Source: Fimbriosthenelais zetlandica (lineage: Eukaryota). From it: 64,000 bases of DNA. Under the pieces are notes generated by a model. It made no database searches. It saw only the letters and a list, made by a program, of their open reading frames with translations, and was not told the DNA's origin. Position 1 is the stretch's first letter, and every line of letters begins with the position of its first letter. The position numbers and the translations under genes were made by a program. This document shows, one piece after another, positions 14,451 through 29,998 of the stretch. The stretch covers positions 26,040,001 to 26,104,000 of the forward strand of contig OZ365114.1 of the NCBI GenBank assembly GCA_977030845.1, read 5' to 3'.

Positions 14451-17400
14451 AACCTCACCTCGTCATTGTTACTGGAGTGGGCTGTAGAATAATTACTCTA
14501 CCCAACTTCCATCAGTTTAATTCAAAACCTTCCCGCAAGCTCCTCTTCACAGAAGTGAATCATTAGATAGATTTCACCCGTTTCCCAAACAATATCCAAA
14601 TATCCCACCCTCTGACAATTTCCCATTCTTGTCCTTTATCATTAGTGTAGAATGTTGTATGACTCTATGTAGATGATAGCCGTTTTGATTTAGCCTCAGT
14701 CTTTCACTCTCACCCGATCATACTGATGTGGAAAATTGTGTCTCCATTGACCCACCTGTCACGGCTTTACCCTGGATTTGTGTTACCATCATTGGACGGA
14801 GGAACCAGAAACATGTCCATGTATGGCTCCATCCAACAGTACCACGCTTGGTAGGCAGGTGATTATGGAGAATTGTCTTTGTCGCTGGAGATCTTGGGGC
14901 AGCAGAGAAGATTAGAGAGACACCAGACAGGCCAGTGATTGGAGGATGGAGGGAAAATCTGGTGGAACAAATTTATCTCCATAGTCAGGGATTCATTATC
15001 CATCTGATCGGGGTAGCTCCGGTCATGGTATCAGGCATGGTAATTTGGGCAAACTATAGCTGCTCGTCTTCCTCCCCTACCTTCCTTCTCTTTGACATTG
15101 ATTGTTTAGGGAGTGACATCTGCAGTGTATGGTGGTCTTGTGGATTGCTATGAGGCTTACATCAAGATATAGCTTCTTATGACACTGATTGTGAAGGGAT
15201 TGCTCCTGTGGAGGAATGCTTGTAGAAGGCTCGTATATATATACCTTTACTTTCGAGTCCTTTTGTGTTTGAAATAATAAACACTGATACACAAATACTT
15301 CACATTCAAAGGATGCTTCCCTATCTATTGTAGGCTAATACCATATTCTCTCAATGGGGAAGAATTAGAGAGTTAAAGCACTCATCCCTGTCCCCTATGC
15401 TTCCCTGGGGAGAATTTGGCATCTCAATGATATATTCTCTAGCAGAAGGCCAAACACAATCTGGCTTACTTTATTTGGGCAGTTTTTCACCCAGCATGGT
15501 AAGGTACAAGCTTTTACATGTACGGGAAGATTTATACAAGGATATAGCAAGGGGAGAGGTGGTAACCACTCCGTAATCCTATGCTTATTCGAACGGTGAG
15601 CTGAAAACTTCAATGGACTTGATCGGGCTTGTTTGCTGATGACACATACTTTGTCAACTTTTCTTGGATTCTTATATGCACTGAAATAACCCACTTGACA
15701 TAAAAAATGAGGAAGGGAGGGGATTAGGAGGCCTCTATCTACATTTACAGTCACTCTACTTAATCTTTTTTACTGTTGATTCTTGTCTCAGAACTTGTAG
15801 GGCGTGGTGATAAAACCATATAAAGCACTTATCTGTGTCTCGATGACCAGAATAGTTCACTTTTTTTTCTAAATGTTGGTTCCGCATGGTGCCTGGTTAT
15901 TTGGTAAATACCACTTCTAGCAAAAAACTCAATATATTTCAAATTGTATCTCATTTTTTATCCCTTGACCCATTGAAATATTTCTACATTCATTAATAGT
16001 TAAGCCACACACAGTACAGATGGTATCTTCATCAGTTACCATCTTCATCAGTTTCCTATAATAATACCCCACTATCAATCATTTCATGGACACTGAAACT
16101 TTGGGTGGTATCTATTCGTTGCTAATGTACCTGAAAACTGGTATACTGGGGAAGATAGTTCTCCCTAATCCCTTTCTCCATTATTCAGCATTACAGTTGG
16201 CGAGCCTTCCCTAACTCACTGTGACTTACTAGTCAGCTTATATGAGCAGATAAAAACTGTTGTCACCATGTTGAAATCTGACTCAGGTTTTGCCCTTTAG
16301 GTTGATAATGGTATCATGAGATTTCCCCCTAGAAACATGTTTTTTCACATGTAAAACCAATATGAACAGGGCTTCCCCTGACAGGATGAAGTGATGTTAT
16401 AAAACCTATTTAAATCCCAGTCACTTCTCGTCGATGCGGTCATGTATACCAATTCTCTATGTACATGGATGAGTACTAGTTGGGGTCCTGTTTCACCGCT
16501 GCTCATGTGGCCTATACTAAAAGCTGGGGTAAATATTATGCCAAGTCACTTTTATTGTATAAGTGTGTTATCACAACATGTTGGCACCATGCAGCCTTTT
16601 TTCCTCCTGCCAAGTCTTCTCAGTCTATTCCGAACACTTGAAATTTTTACGGGTTTCATGTTCACACTCAAAAAGTTGTATAGATCTTAGATTTCGTATT
16701 TGAAGGAACTCTAAGAAGTCAGGTGAATACATATCTTGGACTGCTGTTCTTGCATTAGAATTAAGGGAGGAATATATTTATACTTGCCAGACATTTACAG
16801 ATAAGTACAATAATGGAATGAAGCTAATATTGTGTCTTAAAGAATCCATAGTACTATCTCTATATGTAGTCTATAGCGAAGCACTCTCTTTTGTTTCCGT
16901 TTGTGCTCTTACTTTTGCATACCTACAAAGTTTGGAACTTCTCTTGTTAGCAAAAGGCCATAGAAAAAGTTATTTCCTTCTTTACCACATCTCCAAACCT
17001 ATGTTGAACAATAGCTTTGTGTTCCTAGTCCATTAATTTTTCACAACTCCCTCAGAGATTTCTAAACTTTCATGTGATACAAAGTTTTAATAATTATACA
17101 CTTTCGATACGGAACTTCTTGCATTTATAAATTTATCATGATCTTGGACAATGCTGTGTAGGAATTCATATTTTTCGGTTTGCATATTTCAGTTGGATTT
17201 ACCCATTCAGCTGTGCTGCTCTTAACATGACATTTGCATTATGCATAATAATCTTCTATAGACCTTTACAGATTCTGTGTATCTGTTATTCCTCGGGACG
17301 CTTTTTCCCTTTCCCAAAATTGCCAGCATTTTCAAAAGGCCCCTTGCAATATGTCCTATGTCATTGTCCAACCTATCTGCAGTCCTATACTCTCCCTCTG

Positions 17401-20400
17401 TCGTCTGCCTCTGTATTTAAGCTTTGAACATAGCATTAAGAGGGAAAGGAATACAAGAAGAGGGAGCAATGTTGAGATGGAATTACTGAAATCCTACATA
17501 CATTGTTTAATAATTCAGAGCTCTCTATATCATAAGATATACATTGTTTAGGTGCACTAAACATTGACTCTCCAAATGGTCTTTCTGCAGACCTCAAGTA
17601 AGTACCTTAAGCAGAGTGAGGGGCGGCGGTATTGGATCAAATTGGACTGTTAGTTTTGGATCCTTTAATGGACCCAAGTAAGAACTTTATTCTTGTATCC
17701 TTTAATGGAAGGCTGCATGAACTTTTAGACTCAAGTGAGACTGAGAAACAAATAGAAGTGACTTTACACTTAAGTTAAACTGGCGTCTGTCTGAGCCCAA
17801 TGCCCCACTCTACTCCATAGCAACGTCCTTTGAGATGGATTTGAGGTCCAGTGTCGTCAGGGGCATACACACCTCCCCCACAAAAGCGTTTGTACTCTGC
17901 ACTTCGCTGGGCTTTCACTCCAACCCAGCTTCAGCAATATATCTGTGCATGACGAACGTGCTTCTGGGACGTTCCCAACTATAGCAGTGTTTCCCCTCTA
18001 CTCTCACCGTGGGATTAAGTCTGCTTTTGACACCATTGAGAGGGTAATGTGAGAAAAGAGGTCTCTTTTGTCTCGCCGTTCTCTAAGGTTATGAATAAAG
18101 TGTGATTGCCTTGGCGCCCGTAATAAATGGTGATGTTCTTTTACTTATCTATGGCTTCAGGGAAGTTTCCTCGGTGAATATTTCATGTGTAATCCTGTCT
18201 TTACACAAGTTGGGATTTTCCGCGCAGACTATGTTATGGTCTGTATGGAGGTGAGAGTGGAGGATAGGGGATATATCTATCAACTTACCTCTCTGAGATC
18301 CCCTGATTCATGCCATTTACCATGTATGTTACTTATATACCACATGATTGTGTCCTTAGTACATGAGTAGTATGAAAAGTGAGACTTTCTCCAGGCCTTT
18401 CCTTAGTTTTAGATGGTTGGCCTTTTTCTTGAACAAAGCAAAGACCTTTTCCTATTATCACATTCTTCCATTCGCTTAAGTTTTCTCCTTCCACACTCTA
18501 TTTTAGAACTGGGATATAGAACTGGGCTATATCCCAGGGATTTATTTCCATGGCAATTTCTCAGACATCTGTGAAGATTGACAATAGATTTGTCTTTAGT
18601 GGCACACAAATATGTATGGTGGAGTCAGGTGTAATTTTCCACACTCCTCTACCCTAGCCCACCAACCCTTGTAGTATCAAGTGGTGGGTATACACACATG
18701 ATTGTATTCGGTTTCAAAAGGGACTATTTTGAAGGGGAGGCTTGGCTGTATAGGTTTGTATTTGGACTGGCGTGTTTGGTCAAACCTCATGGGTTTCCAA
18801 GGTGACGGAAAATACAAGCTCCCTGTTAGGACATCATGCATACTGACGAGACCTATTGTCGGTAAAACTAGAACCGTGTTGTAACAATGAAGGAGAGAGA
18901 TTGAATTTGTCTGAGGATCTTTCACTGAAATATTTTCGTAGAGACATTTGCATAATTAGTTCAATGCATCAAAGACTATTCTCTACTAGACCAGCAGATG
19001 TCTGAAGTTCACATCTCTCTTGAAATAGCCTACCTTCATCTAAGAAACGACACTTTTCCTTTGTTTGAATGGATATTGACTTTACCTTTACACAGGGAAA
19101 TGATAAGAAAACTCTATAATTGTTTTATTTAGTCACCTGCGACTACATCTAGTTCACAGGATGTTATCAGTGTATGGTTGTCCTCACAGATGTCTCCCTC
19201 ATATCACAGGTGACAATATAGTGGCAGGTGTGTCACATTTCTACCCTCCACCGCCCTCCACCGCACAGGCTTGCTTGTAATTCCAAAACCTGCAAAATGA
19301 AAACAAAACAAAACAATTATCAGGGGTGCCAAGTGATGATATATAAGAGGGAGATAGGGGCAAAGTCTATATCCAGTATGGATTTCCACTCATGCATAGA
19401 AGTATTTGCAAGGGAATTTCCTTTTGGTGAGTCACAAACGTGCATTGAGAAGGCATTCACTTGTGTATTAGTTACACTTTGTATACCGAAATCTTGGCTC
19501 GACCACCACATCCACTTCAAAGTCTCATACATTAGAAGGGATCAGAATAACCGTTGCAAAGTCATTGCCTTTTGGTAAACAGAGGAAATGACACTGTGGT
19601 GTGGGACAGATCAAAAGGCTGTAGGGATAGATCGTTGGTAAATCCCAATTCCATAGCAGCCTCTCGTCCCTCGGATCCCATCACCTAGGAGATGGCATGG
19701 GCCAGCACAAACATGATATTCCTGCATACTGGTGTCTTTATTCTGAGGGCTCTCACATAAGCAATAGCCCCCTCATTCCATACTGCCTCCTCTGTGAATC
19801 TAAGGGCATCTTTTCTCTTCCTTTGTATGGGGCGTATTTCATTGCTTTCTCGGACTATTGTATACGGTCCCAACCAGTGCTTTCAAATGGCCATGTAAAA
19901 CCCCCATTCACATTCCCCATCTTTAGGTGCACACGTTTAAAGTATATATCCCCCACAACACTGCATCGACTGTTGAATCAGATATGAATAAAATATAAGC
20001 GATGATTTATGATCACATTTTAGTACGGGATTTAAATACAGTTCTATACAGAGAAATACAAAAGGGAAAGATGTGTTATAACCAATGGGTTGAGTGTAAA
20101 TGGAAGAGGTGATTCCTTAAAGGAAACCATTCGATTACCAATAAAATATGTACCTCATTCCCTAGAGATTTGATCCATTCATATATACATCTAACCCCAA
20201 ACACCCCATCTAATCCCAAGACCACTGTGGGTCTATCAAGCCAGACCCCATGCATGTCCACCCATTTGGCTGTGTTCACTGCTCTTAAGTAAGGAGATGG
20301 TGAATGGAAGCTCATTGCCAAATGGTCGGGGATGGGGGATGGGTCTGGGCTCGATCCTCTTTCCCACTAATAAGTCCGGGCCATTATCAATCCCTACTGG

Positions 20401-23400
20401 AAAATGACTTGAGTTAACGAGTCAGAGAGTCGACTAATGAAAGCTATGAAGTCATCTAACGCCCCTGTAGCCCGCTCATTGCCTTTATCAGTGTAGAACA
20501 GGCAGTATCTTCACCATCCACAGAGATCTGCTGCATGGGAATCTTCACCAACAGCAGGCCTATATATGGCTGTCTTGTTATATAACAGTATCTCAGTCAA
20601 TCATTATGGTCTATATACTGATTCTCAGTTTGTGTGAGTCAGTCAGTACAGATACATTGTACATGTATGTATACATTATGTACCTTTCAGTTACATGTAT
20701 TTATATTATTGGTAAATTGGGACACACTGTACAGTGGCCAACCTCAAACCACCAGACTGCCCGCAAATTGAAATGCACCTTCACCCAGCCGACCCCAGCC
20801 AGTCTGAACACAATTTACAAACCGCCCATAAATCATGGCTGAAAGGAACTGTCTGCACCCTGGTGCTACATATCATGGCTTTTTATCTATAGTCTCCAAT
20901 TATTTACCGGGATAAAAGCAGCCTCATTCACCTGTTCACTTGAGGGCTTACAAATTAGACAATACAGTATGCATTAGGGTGATTAGGGTGTGTGTGTAAG
21001 CATCATGTTTTGATAGATCGATCAGCTTGTTACAATAGCTCTTCTACCTCAGTCAGGGGACCTTGATTAAAGGTGAGGTGGTGAGTATAGTGTGGCGCAT
21101 TGCAGCAATGGTGACAAGTTCATACCAATTAGTCACCCCCAAAGGTAAACACTCAAATCAGGAGGTCACAAACCTAACCACTCCGACTTCATCATCTAGA
21201 AAAGTAACAGGAATTTGTGAATAGAAGTACATTAAAAGAAAAACTGATACTGCCGCTTAACATTTTGTGAACTTCAGAAAATATTTAATATTTGCCGGAG
21301 CAATGTTGTGGAGAGTAGGAATGAAATGAATAGTACCTCAAAATAAACCTGCGCTACCTTGAGAAGCAGCCTGACAATTAGATTATGATAGTAAAGAAAA
21401 CAAGGGGAGAACATGGATCCATTTAGGAAGCGCTACGCTGAAAGCTGGTCTAAAATGTTCCCTCTCACTGTAACCCAACCCCAAACTTCCCTCTTTTTCC
21501 ACACCAACCGGAACCGCTTGTTTTACCTGCGCGTCTGAGCATCATTTAGACCAATATCCTGCAAACACTGGCAGTGTCTGCCAGCCATGTGTTCAGAGGT
21601 CAAAACTCTGTCATCACTGAGCCCTCTCTGCATTCTTACCTCCAATCAGGGCCAGGTGGGAGAGTTCTGATAACGGAGCCGTTACAACGAGGGTGAGACT
21701 TAGATGAGACTTTGCGGCGGAACTGCCAGTCCGTATTAGAACTCTCCGGTGAAGGAGGTAGGCGTGACTCGCATTCATACGAGAGTTTATGCAGACGTTG
21801 AATGGAAGCATTGGTCATCTGCTGCCTGACCCCAAATCACGGCCTACCCTGTACAGCAGATCAATTGCTATGAGAGTTTTCACATGGGTCAGGATTTAGA
21901 ACTACTTGTATCTAAACCCATTCCTCGTATTCTACGGGCTTGAAGAATCCTTTTTCTGCTTTGGCTTCATTGATCCACAATGATACTTCCCTCGAAATAA
22001 GAGTCTCTGCAATGATGAAAATTATCAAATTTACAAAGTGGGTTTCAGTTGCTTAGGTCTATATAAATGGAAGTGACTGCAGCTGAGAATGGAACATGAA
22101 GATCCTTAGAGATGAAATAACAAATCACCGTGCGCTTTCAGTGAACTTCTTTCTATGAAATAAGAGTTCATACAAACACAGAATAGACCTTTTATAATTA
22201 CTAGGATCAGTGTAGTTTTTTTTGTTCCGCTTTCCTCCCCCTCGCTCCCATTGTCAAATTAGCGATCCAGTTTGGGCCATTTGTAAAATTAGGGTCGTCT
22301 TGAGTATCGCTCAGTGAGTGGTTGTTTTCACTGTGGCTTTTAGCACATTGCTTAACAACACAAAACATCACAAGTTGAGGATGGATTGAGTCATTAATTA
22401 AGCTGTTTTATCAAAGATAGTGCGGGGTGTTTTCATCATGTTCAGGCAATTTCTGAGGTGCTTAATTTTGACACTATGATGTCTCATTGAGCCGCTTTTA
22501 AAATGCTCCCGGATATGAAGAATCGAGTGTGTGAACCACACAAATACAAATCAGATATAAATGTTTGAATTTCACCCAGGTGGTCTTGCTGAGTTATGAA
22601 TTAATATTTTTTAATCAAGAATAATGAATCAATTAGCAAAAATCACTCACGGTGTATTTCATAATCCCCCGATTCTGAGAGCACGGACAGAACTATTCTT
22701 TAAGACACGCATCGGTTGAATGGTAGCTCTCACTGACGCTCATAACTAATGCAGTTTTATGCAGGAGAATTGAGATGGCAACTTATCAAACACTGCTTTA
22801 GGGAAGCAATTAATTCCAGACATGTATTAGATGGGCAACTTCAAAGCCTAGTGCTGAGATATGTTTCAAATGAGCCTTCTACATTAGGACTCTATTCGGA
22901 AGCATTTTTGCAATTGCAAAATGTGTCTCGGTATTCATTGTCTTGTTGCCTTTGAAGTCCCTTAGCAAATCAATATTTGTTCTTCCAGCTCATATAGTTA
23001 TTAGACTTCAGAGTTGCACCAAAAAGGAAAGGACATGAAAAGCATTTCATTAACTGTTCTGGCATGCTCCAGCATACAACCATGCATCAAGAGGTTTTTT
23101 TGACAGAATAAGTAAATAAATCCATTTGGCGAATCGATAATTTCATTATTGTACATTACGATTCAGTATTGCATTAAAAATTAATATCGAATTAAAAGAG
23201 AAAATGAATTTACATGTTCCCTGGACTTGAAAGTGTATCTTGTTCTGAAAAAGCTAATCAGATAAGAGTCTAGGAGGAGATCTCGTACTTTTCCCTCCTC
23301 TTTCACTGCTCCCTTGATATCGAGGGTGGAACGACATCTCCCCTTTCCTCTCCCATCTCTCTTTGTAATATAGAGATCCCGCTTTTATCTATTTATTTTT

Positions 23401-23810
23401 TGGTTCCTCCATTTCTTCTTCCCGTTGCATCCCATATACCATTGCTTCCTTTTAACCTTCCCTTCTTTTATTTCTGTCTTCCACACTATGAGCCTTACAT
23501 ACTTCTTGTCACATATATACCGTTGCTCACCTTCCTCCAGCTCCCGATATTTGAGGGGTAAAGGAGCATGACCCCTTAGAAGAATATATCCCCATCCAGG
23601 AGAATCTTGAGATATTAGTTTGTGATATAAAAACATAACCATTCGAGATGAATGGAAGTATAATATGACAGATAGAGAGAGATTCTTCAGACCTGCCTGC
23701 ACAAAAGCAATAGCAGAAGAGTGCCAATGCTGTTTATCGAAGCATATCAATGCATTTGCAAATTAATTTCCTTTGCTCGTTCAGATAGATACAATTACAG
23801 TTTTCTTCAG

Positions 23811-23837
23811 CGATCAAAGGCAAGGCTGTCATGAGAT
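23811..23837 (+). other. Candidate 27-nt microexon
   Basis: TTTTCTTCAG|CGATCAAAGGCAAGGCTGTCATGAGAT|GTAAGT. Length is divisible by 3; open in phases 1 and 2, TGA in phase 0. A competing AG lies 10 nt upstream. Confidence 0.2.
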
Positions 23838-26800
23838 GTAAGTATTTTTTCTCTTGTCAAGTGCCTCATAGGATAAAGCTCCTTCGCCAGGGATTCGCTG
23901 AATGGAATACACACACTAAGTAAAGCTGCTGGCATCAAGTTAGGGGGATGAAAAGTATCAGGCTTGTGGGCCGGAAAATGAGCAACTTGGAGATGCTCGG
24001 CTAGTGTGTCGAAAATAAAGAGGGCTGGAGCCATTCGATGGCCACACGCTGGAATGACTATTGACAAAGTAGGCAGGAGCTGCATCACAGGCGGTGGTTG
24101 GTTACAGCTAGGCCTGTTTGCCTCATCCTATTGCTTACCGCTATCCTGACATCTATTGGCCTCTCAACATTTTTCCCCTCTGCTATGCCTAGGCATAGAT
24201 TTCAGCACATATTTGATGCTGCAATCGCCACTAGTTAAAACCTGTTTCCTTTACACTTCTTTCATAATTTCTGTCTTCATTTTATCTAGCGATTCTCTTA
24301 AGAATCAAGCATTATGTTCTGACTGACAATTCTTGTAGCTCCTGTGTTTCTCTGATCGTCTCTCAGCCCTTCCAGTCCTTGAGTCTGTCTCTCTCCTCCC
24401 TTTGTCCCTTTAGGCCTATATTCCTTTTCCTCTTGAGGCTCAACGATTTCACCTCCACCGCCATATTCATACAGTCATGTTCACTCATCCTGTATCCTTG
24501 TCAATTATATACAGCAAGGATTCTCCTCTGGTCTCTTGCTAAATCACTTCCAAAAGATGTGACACAAAGTCAGAAAGCAAGCAAGTGAAAGAAACCCGCT
24601 GATTATTGAGGGCTTTTAGGCATGCTTTGATTCCCCCAAAAGGTTGGCGCATTGATACTGTCACTGATAGACGGTTGAAGTGGTGTCTCCTGGAAGAAAG
24701 CTCGCTAGGAAAGTAGTTCCACCATTTAACACGTCTGCTGAGTAGCCGCCTCAAGGTATACCTTAATAGAAGTCTGCTCTCACCCTAGACTCTTAGCAAG
24801 TATACAGCAGACCTATACAGAGGTTGTGGAGACCTTAGGGACTACTTTATTTAAGAGATGAGTGCTTGGTCTTCTGTGTGATAACTGGTGCCTGGGGAGG
24901 GCTTTGGGTGAAGGACCTATAGAAGCACCATGCTAACTGATGACCTTTATTTCGTGCACCCTGTGCCTTACGGATAATTGAATTTCAAGGGTCTCTTAAA
25001 GGCATATTAGCAGTATGCTTAAACGGTTTGAGAACACTGTCTGGAGTACACGACCTTAATCTCGCCAATCACATAAGAGAGGTCAGCTTTTCTGGAGAAG
25101 GTCAAGCATGTTGGACGAGCACGAAATGTCCTAATTAGCATAGACGTGTCCCAATAAACCCCTGAAGCACCAACATTTTATCTTAAAATGGGTTACGAAC
25201 ATGGTGTCAGAGGATTATAGAACAATTCACCAGACACTAACCAGTAAAGGCTGTTCTGCTTGTCCTCTCTTGTTTTGTCGCTCACGCCTTCGACCCCAAT
25301 TTCCACACAAGACCCCACCTGCCAAAAAGAGAGATAGTTCAGGTACTCAGGAAACACACCCTGGACAGCAATTTACACATACACCCTGCCCCTAAAGCAT
25401 CGAGACTCATCCACATAAGCTACAGCTAACACCATGACCAACTCCATGACTCTTCAGACTGTTTTTTCTCTGGTAATAATATAGCTTTCTGGCAGTGATA
25501 CAAATTTGATTTATGCTCTCCCTGCTAATACAGCCGGGCGTTGACAGTTTGCTGAGCTGTGTTTCTCTAGATCTATTACTGAGACTTCCAGGTGTTAAGT
25601 GAAGCCTGTCAGACACTGCGTCTTCTTCTGACTTCTATCTCTCCTTGAACTCAATATATATTTACAAGTAATTCGTTCATATACATGTTCATCCTGTTAT
25701 CTGAGTTCATATCTTATATAAAACAACACTTGGTATCTCTGTTAGGTTCTTGTAACATGACCGCAATTGTCTTCCCCTGCACTGCCTCTACATTTCAACA
25801 CCTACATTATTATGTCCATCCCTCTGTCTGTTTACCGTTTGTTAACCAAGCTCTCTCTCCACCTCTCCCTCCCCCTCTCTCACTCTACCTATATGCCATC
25901 TTCTTAACACATTCTTCCCTCTGAGCCTAGAAGGCACAACAGCATGTAAACCAATATACAAAGGCCTTCTTGGCATTGCATTGTGCTTGGCGGTTACTCG
26001 ACCATGTGGAATGGATTCACCATGGTCTCTATATATATGGTTGCACAGCAGGGATCCACCCCTGTCTCAGAACTTCACCCAGATGGTTGTACTCAATTCC
26101 CTTGTGCCATATGCTCTCCGTCTTTTGTACTTTAGAATGCTGCATGCCCTTCGCCTGATGGACACGAAGCTATAGCACATTGTTGTAGGTGTAGTTAGTC
26201 AGGGTCAAATTTGACATTGCTTTACGGGCTGAACCCAACCCCAAGGAGGTTGTCAGGTGTGCAGTTTCCCACACAAACTCATCACCAAAGGAAGGTGATA
26301 GGTTCTTGAGGTTTGCACTTTGAAAAGATGAAAATCAATCGTGAAAATCAATTTAGTTAAGCAAAACCTAATTATGGTTGGCCTTCTTATTGATGGCTTA
26401 TTCCCTGATTCAATTCCTTTACTTATATCTCCCATATTAAATTTTCATTATTACCTCAGTGAAAATTCTCAGAACCCTTTTTCAAAGGAATACTTTTCTT
26501 AAATGTAATATGAAGCTGAATTCCATAACGCGAGGTTTACCCAAGCTTTGAGTAAAAAAGTCGTTTCTTTTGTACATTGTGTACACATACCTACCTTTTC
26601 TTTTCTACATGCTATGAGACATAAGTAACTGGCAAATGAAGTAGAAAACAAGGAGCCTTTGTAGTAATCTCAGAGTGATGTTTGCATAAAAATGCTGCCA
26701 CTATGAGGAAGGGCAACATGCGGCTGATTCATATTTCAAAGCACGTGGATGCGATTATTTTGCATGTCAACAAAATACGGGCTGTCGTCCCATTCCAACA

Positions 26801-27602
26801 TGCAACCTTACTGAGAATTACAACATATTACCTTTAGTAAATTAAAAATATTAGGGAAATTTGTCTTTATGACATTCTTTCGTGGCATACCTTACATTGA
26901 TATAACTGTTTTATTAATACGAAACAAATGACCCAACTTTCTCTTGGTATGGGAGGGCATATCTGGCATATATATTGGACTCTCAAATTGGATGTGTGGA
27001 CGAATCTAGTGGTTATGCCGCCAGGGATGTATGGGTAGACGTATACGTTCCGTCTAAAAGCCTTATATGAGTTTAGCACTGCTTTATGTGTATAGACTTC
27101 TGTTGGTGGCTCACACTGTGGGGTTTGGTTAAGAAATATTTGCTAAGCAAGGAGTTTCACCAACACATTCCCTCACTTTCATTAACCAGTGCTTTGCAAT
27201 ACTGTGTTTAACCCTCCAATACAAATCCCTCCTGAATACCATTCATGATTCAAAAATTGTTTCCATACGTACATACAGGGGGATATAGTAAAAATATGAT
27301 ATAGAAATAATGATAGCAGCTGGAGGATGAGACCATTGAGAAGTCAGTGAAATGACTGGCTTTGTGTAGTAGAGAAGCTGTATAGTAAAACTGGTCGCTG
27401 GCCCACCCGGCCAATTTGTCGATCCGTGGAGACCCATTGGCCATCGACTTTCACCTAAGGTTGTGGCCCAGCTCGCCAGCTTGTCATCGAGGAATGTCAA
27501 TAGTTCCTCACACACTGCTTCTATAGGTGCCAGCCTATAGGCGTTTCACTACTCTTACATATACTGACTGGACTACTCGTAGAAATACAGATACCAATGG
27601 TC

Positions 27603-27675
27603 TGGAGAGAGAGATGGTGAGAAAGAGAGAGACAGAGAGAGAGAGAACTAGAAAGCGATAGAGACGAAGAGAGAG
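27603..27675. repeat. Degenerate (GA)n microsatellite
   Basis: GGAGAGAGAGATGGTGAGAAAGAGAGAGACAGAGAGAGAGAGAAC...GAAGAGAGAGG. Confidence 0.8.
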
Positions 27676-29944
27676 GTGGTTGGGGGAAGTAAGTCAGACA
27701 GAACGAGTAGGAAACACCAGTTAATTAAAACAATATTACAGCAGATGAGAAAATGCTGATGCCCATAACCAAATCGGAGATTGGCATGCCATTAATTAAA
27801 AGATAGACCCTCATGGAAATGTGGCTAAGTTAGAGCGGTAGGAGGGAGGAGTGAGTGGGAGAGATGAGTGGAGATCCAGATTGTACTTGTACCCCTGAAT
27901 GCATACATAGAAGGATATTAAATATTCACCATACAGCCCTCCTCACTGATTTGATGGAGGTGACTAGGACATGGTGAATACAGCTTTCATTTGGGCTGAT
28001 TTGTACAAATGGAAGGCAAACTTTACATTACCTACAGCTCTATCCATACCGCAGTATGAGCACGGACTCAGCCTTTATATACATGTAGGTAAAGGAAAGC
28101 GTTGGGGAAGCAGAGCTGGGGTCTCTGGGAGTGACCAACACTGGATGAAAGAGCCACCCATGCTGTATAAATCTATCATTCCGTGTAGCCAGCGCCCGGG
28201 GTATACTGACACCAGAAAGGCTGCTCTCCAGTGTATAAATAGAGAGGAATATCACTCCACTAACTATTACTCTTACAAGGAAGGATAGCAATATAGTAAC
28301 CTATATTCTGGCTCTATATGAACGGATAACATTCATATTATACTCAGCTGCATTTTGTCCTTACATTAAAGTAATATAATATTGTACATATTCAAATACT
28401 TAGATGCCATTTAATATTCTGTGATATATGAATTTGTCCCACACCCACTGTTATGTAGAAGTAATTGAACGTACCCCCAATAGTCTGGAAAACAAATGTA
28501 AGCTTTTAACTGGCTTGCTAATGACCTTACATCAAACCTATCATCTGTTATTCTTGATCTTGCGGTACCAGTGGATTTCTGACAGGAACCACTCATTAAA
28601 ACATACTTGGCAGAGAAATAAAATTCCTTTGCCAACATGGAGTTAAACCCATTCACCAAGCATGACATTTGTGGCTCATCTAATCGATCTATTATAAACT
28701 TCACCTCATTTGTCCCTGCTCATGTCACTGAATAATGTACTGTGGTTAACATGTGTGGATCCAGATTTCTATGGAAAACACGTTAATGTACAACTGATAT
28801 GATTCTATATCCCACTGTCTGTATCTGATAATATGAGAGTAGAAGAAACATTATAGGCTTAATTCTACACACAATGGAAAGCATATCATATATCATGCTA
28901 ACCACCTCCTCCTATTTGACTCACATCTTGATTGCAGTATCTCCCACCCACTCTCTTCCCTCCAGCAAATAAGCAACACGCCCATCCTATATCTGCTCCT
29001 CCTCCACCTCCACCCAGAACCCTCTAACCTCCCGCTATACCTCCATCCCTCCTCTCTCTACCACCTGGCTTTGATTTACCCACCTGTATTTTCACCCCAG
29101 GTGAGACAGAGAAAGACCCCAGCTGCCTACCAGCTCAAGACATTCTATATAACCACACATTCACCCAGTCCTCGACCCCATCCACCTTTCTGCTTTTAAG
29201 TGGACCGTCCGACTTTTCCCCACCAAACCACTGGTTTCATCCACTCTCCATTCTCTCCACTAGAAAACCTGAGATGTGCAATTTGTACTGATACCTTTTG
29301 TAAGGCCCTGAGGGGGACCTACCACCCCAGGGTTCACATTGTTATCCCGGTATAATTATCCCACTAAGGTGCTCGTTATCCCTCTTCCCCACCCGGGGTA
29401 CACCAACCATTTCATCCCTTGTATTTTTTCCACATCGCCACCTTTGTGATCTATGCCTTTCCCGTGTTTGGTGCCTCAAAAACGACCCTAGCTAATCTGC
29501 ATATAATCTCATTAGATTAAATCTCTATGTACCTAGACCACTCTTCTAACAGGTTTTCAGGCAGTAAATAGTTTACTTCCATTGCTGATTTGCCTCGACA
29601 GCTGTGCTCTATGGAATTAGTAGCCGGGTGATAACGGTTTCTAGGGAATTGGGAATTTGTTGTACTGTCAATCAAAAGGAGTCAATAAAAATACCCCCAT
29701 CTACATCTAATACCCATAGGGGCTCACTCATAGGCTGCTAAACCTACTTATACACACACTATGTGGCCCTTAAGTGATTCTAATGCACTGAATAATTTTC
29801 AATGAGTATTTAAATGTGTTCCACGAATTAACTAGCAGTACTTAATACCAAAATATACGTTGTCTGTGTTACATATACACTCATTTATTTTATTTATATT
29901 AAAGATGCAACATATAACTAATGTAATATTTTTTTTCTTTCTAG

Positions 29945-29998
29945 GTAAGTAATTCCTATGGTTTCGTATATGATACAAGGGGTGGCAGTAATCGACAG
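29945..29998 (+). other. Recursive splice site (ratchet point) with 54-nt RS-exon / microexon #1
   Basis: Branch-point-like AACTAAT (29916-29922), then TTTTTTTTCTTTCTAG|GTAAGT (3' splice site fused to a consensus 5' splice site), then downstream donor CAG|GTAGGT at 29999. Phase-0 reading VSNSYGFVYDTRGGSNRQ; stops in phases 1 and 2. Confidence 0.65.

Noticed and set aside
17591-17597. CTTTCTGCAG|ACCTCAA|GTAAGT 7-nt microexon-like pattern
   Set aside because: Not frame-preserving, moderate acceptor, and expected occasionally by chance.
21636-21818. Minus-strand 60-aa ORF ending at a GAG|GTAAGA donor
   Set aside because: No credible polypyrimidine acceptor in frame and no recognisable protein similarity.
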